Source of the DNA: Narcine bancroftii
Taxonomy: Eukaryota
NCBI RefSeq assembly: GCF_036971445.1
Contig: NC_091481.1
Coordinates: 65,410,001-65,474,000 of the forward strand
DNA: 64,000 bases
Reading direction: 5' to 3'
Positions 62,901 to 64,000 of this stretch are shown piece after piece (position 1 is the first letter of the stretch; every line of letters starts with the position of its first letter). Made by a program: the position numbers and the translations under genes. The notes under the pieces are model-generated. The model ran no database searches. It worked only from the letters and a program-made list of their open reading frames with translations, and was not told where the DNA came from.

Positions 62901-63049
62901 ATTTTGTCAGATTTTCTTATTGCATAATTCATCATTTTACTTTGGTAATTTCATGAATGAATCATTTTATTGTTGAATACACAAGTGTAATATACAATGA
63001 AATTATTTTGCTTTTTCTGTTTACAACTATATCTCTAAATGAATTAACT

Positions 63050-64000
63050 AATAATCTGGTGGTTAAACGTACCAAGAATATGGATACAGTTTAGAAAACA
63101 TTTTGGTTTAATGAGATTTTCTCTCTCTAGTCCAATTTTTCCTAATTATTTCTTAAAACCCACGATTGAGGTAACTTTTTTTAAAAAATGGGATAGATTG
63201 GGCATAAAATGTTTTAAAGATTTATTTGTTGAGGGGAGTCTCGCTTCCTTTGAACAATTTTCAGTTAAATATAATCTACCAAATACTCTCATTATCTACA
63301 GATTAGAATTTTTTTTACGATCTCAATTACATACATTTCCTAAGAGGATTGATAAGAATTTAATTGATGTAATTTTTAATTTAAAACCTTTCTATAATAG
63401 TTCAATATCTAACATTTATGTTATGTTATTGGAAATAAGAGAGGCTCCCTCAGATGAAATTAAAAAAGCCTGGGAACAGGACCTACAGCTTTTAATTCCT
63501 GAAGCAACTTGGAATGCAATTTTCAAATTGGTTAGTATCTCTTTATGTGCCCGCCACTCTCTCCTACAATTTAAAGTCATCTATAGGGCTCACATATCCA
63601 GTCAAACTATCATTTTTATGTGGATGCATTTTCTCTTTGTGTTAAATGCAATAATGGAGATGCTTCATTAATTCTTATGTTTTGGACATGCCAGAGTCTT
63701 GAGAAATAGTGGATCGAAGTATTTCAAACTTTCTCTGTTCTTTTTAAACCAAATTCCTCAACTGCTTTATTTGGTATTGTTGGCGTGAGTGCTCGAGCGT
63801 TAACATCATCTGAGCTACATATATTAGCTTTTATTTCTCTTATGGCTAAAAGGGTGGTGTTGCTCAGATGAAGGGATGTTATCCGGCCTCATCATGCTCA
63901 ATGGCGATGTGACGTCATGTCATGTTCAAACTTAGAAAAGATTAGATGCTCAATTTCCGATTTGAATGTAAATTTTCAAACACCGTGGGGATCTTTTTTG
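63050..64000 (+). mobile_element. L1-clade LINE ORF2 3' fragment (degenerate)
   Basis: FFKKWDRLGIKCFKDLF...IKKAWEQDL...SLCARHSLLQFKVIYRAHIS (zf-RVT), with frameshifts. Confidence 0.85.

Overview
This is vertebrate genomic DNA, not prokaryotic. The repeat landscape (CR1, Rex1/Babar, RTE, Tx1/L1, Penelope-like elements, V-type tRNA SINEs, Deu-SINEs) points to a cartilaginous fish; that assignment is inference. Two intron-containing genes lie tail-to-tail. (1) A + strand GARIN/FAM71-family gene reconstructed from six phase-compatible coding exons (23285-42049, about 458 aa), including a 20-nt micro-exon and an E/K/R-rich tail. Its candidate CRE-driven, possibly bidirectional promoter lies at about 18.5-19.2 kb. 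(2) The 3' part of a - strand SRSF3 (SRp20) gene with three coding exons, the conserved 'poison' cassette exon and a roughly 3.5-kb repeat-poor 3' UTR; the N-terminal RRM exon was not found in the window. Nearly all other ORFs in the track are retrotransposon debris or spurious. The most notable observations are: Penelope-derived palindromic mini-elements carrying hammerhead-ribozyme-like cores; a poison exon whose human-type stop appears to be CGA and which has an in-frame internal donor; a young 5'-inverted RTE insertion with an 11-bp TSD; a two-template microhomology-joined insertion inside a CR1; inverted piggyBac-like MITEs flanking an SRSF3 exon; and a 5S-rRNA-headed SINE. There is one assembly gap (9242-9436). 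TE family names and human comparisons come from recalled consensus sequences, not from searches, and TE boundaries are approximate.
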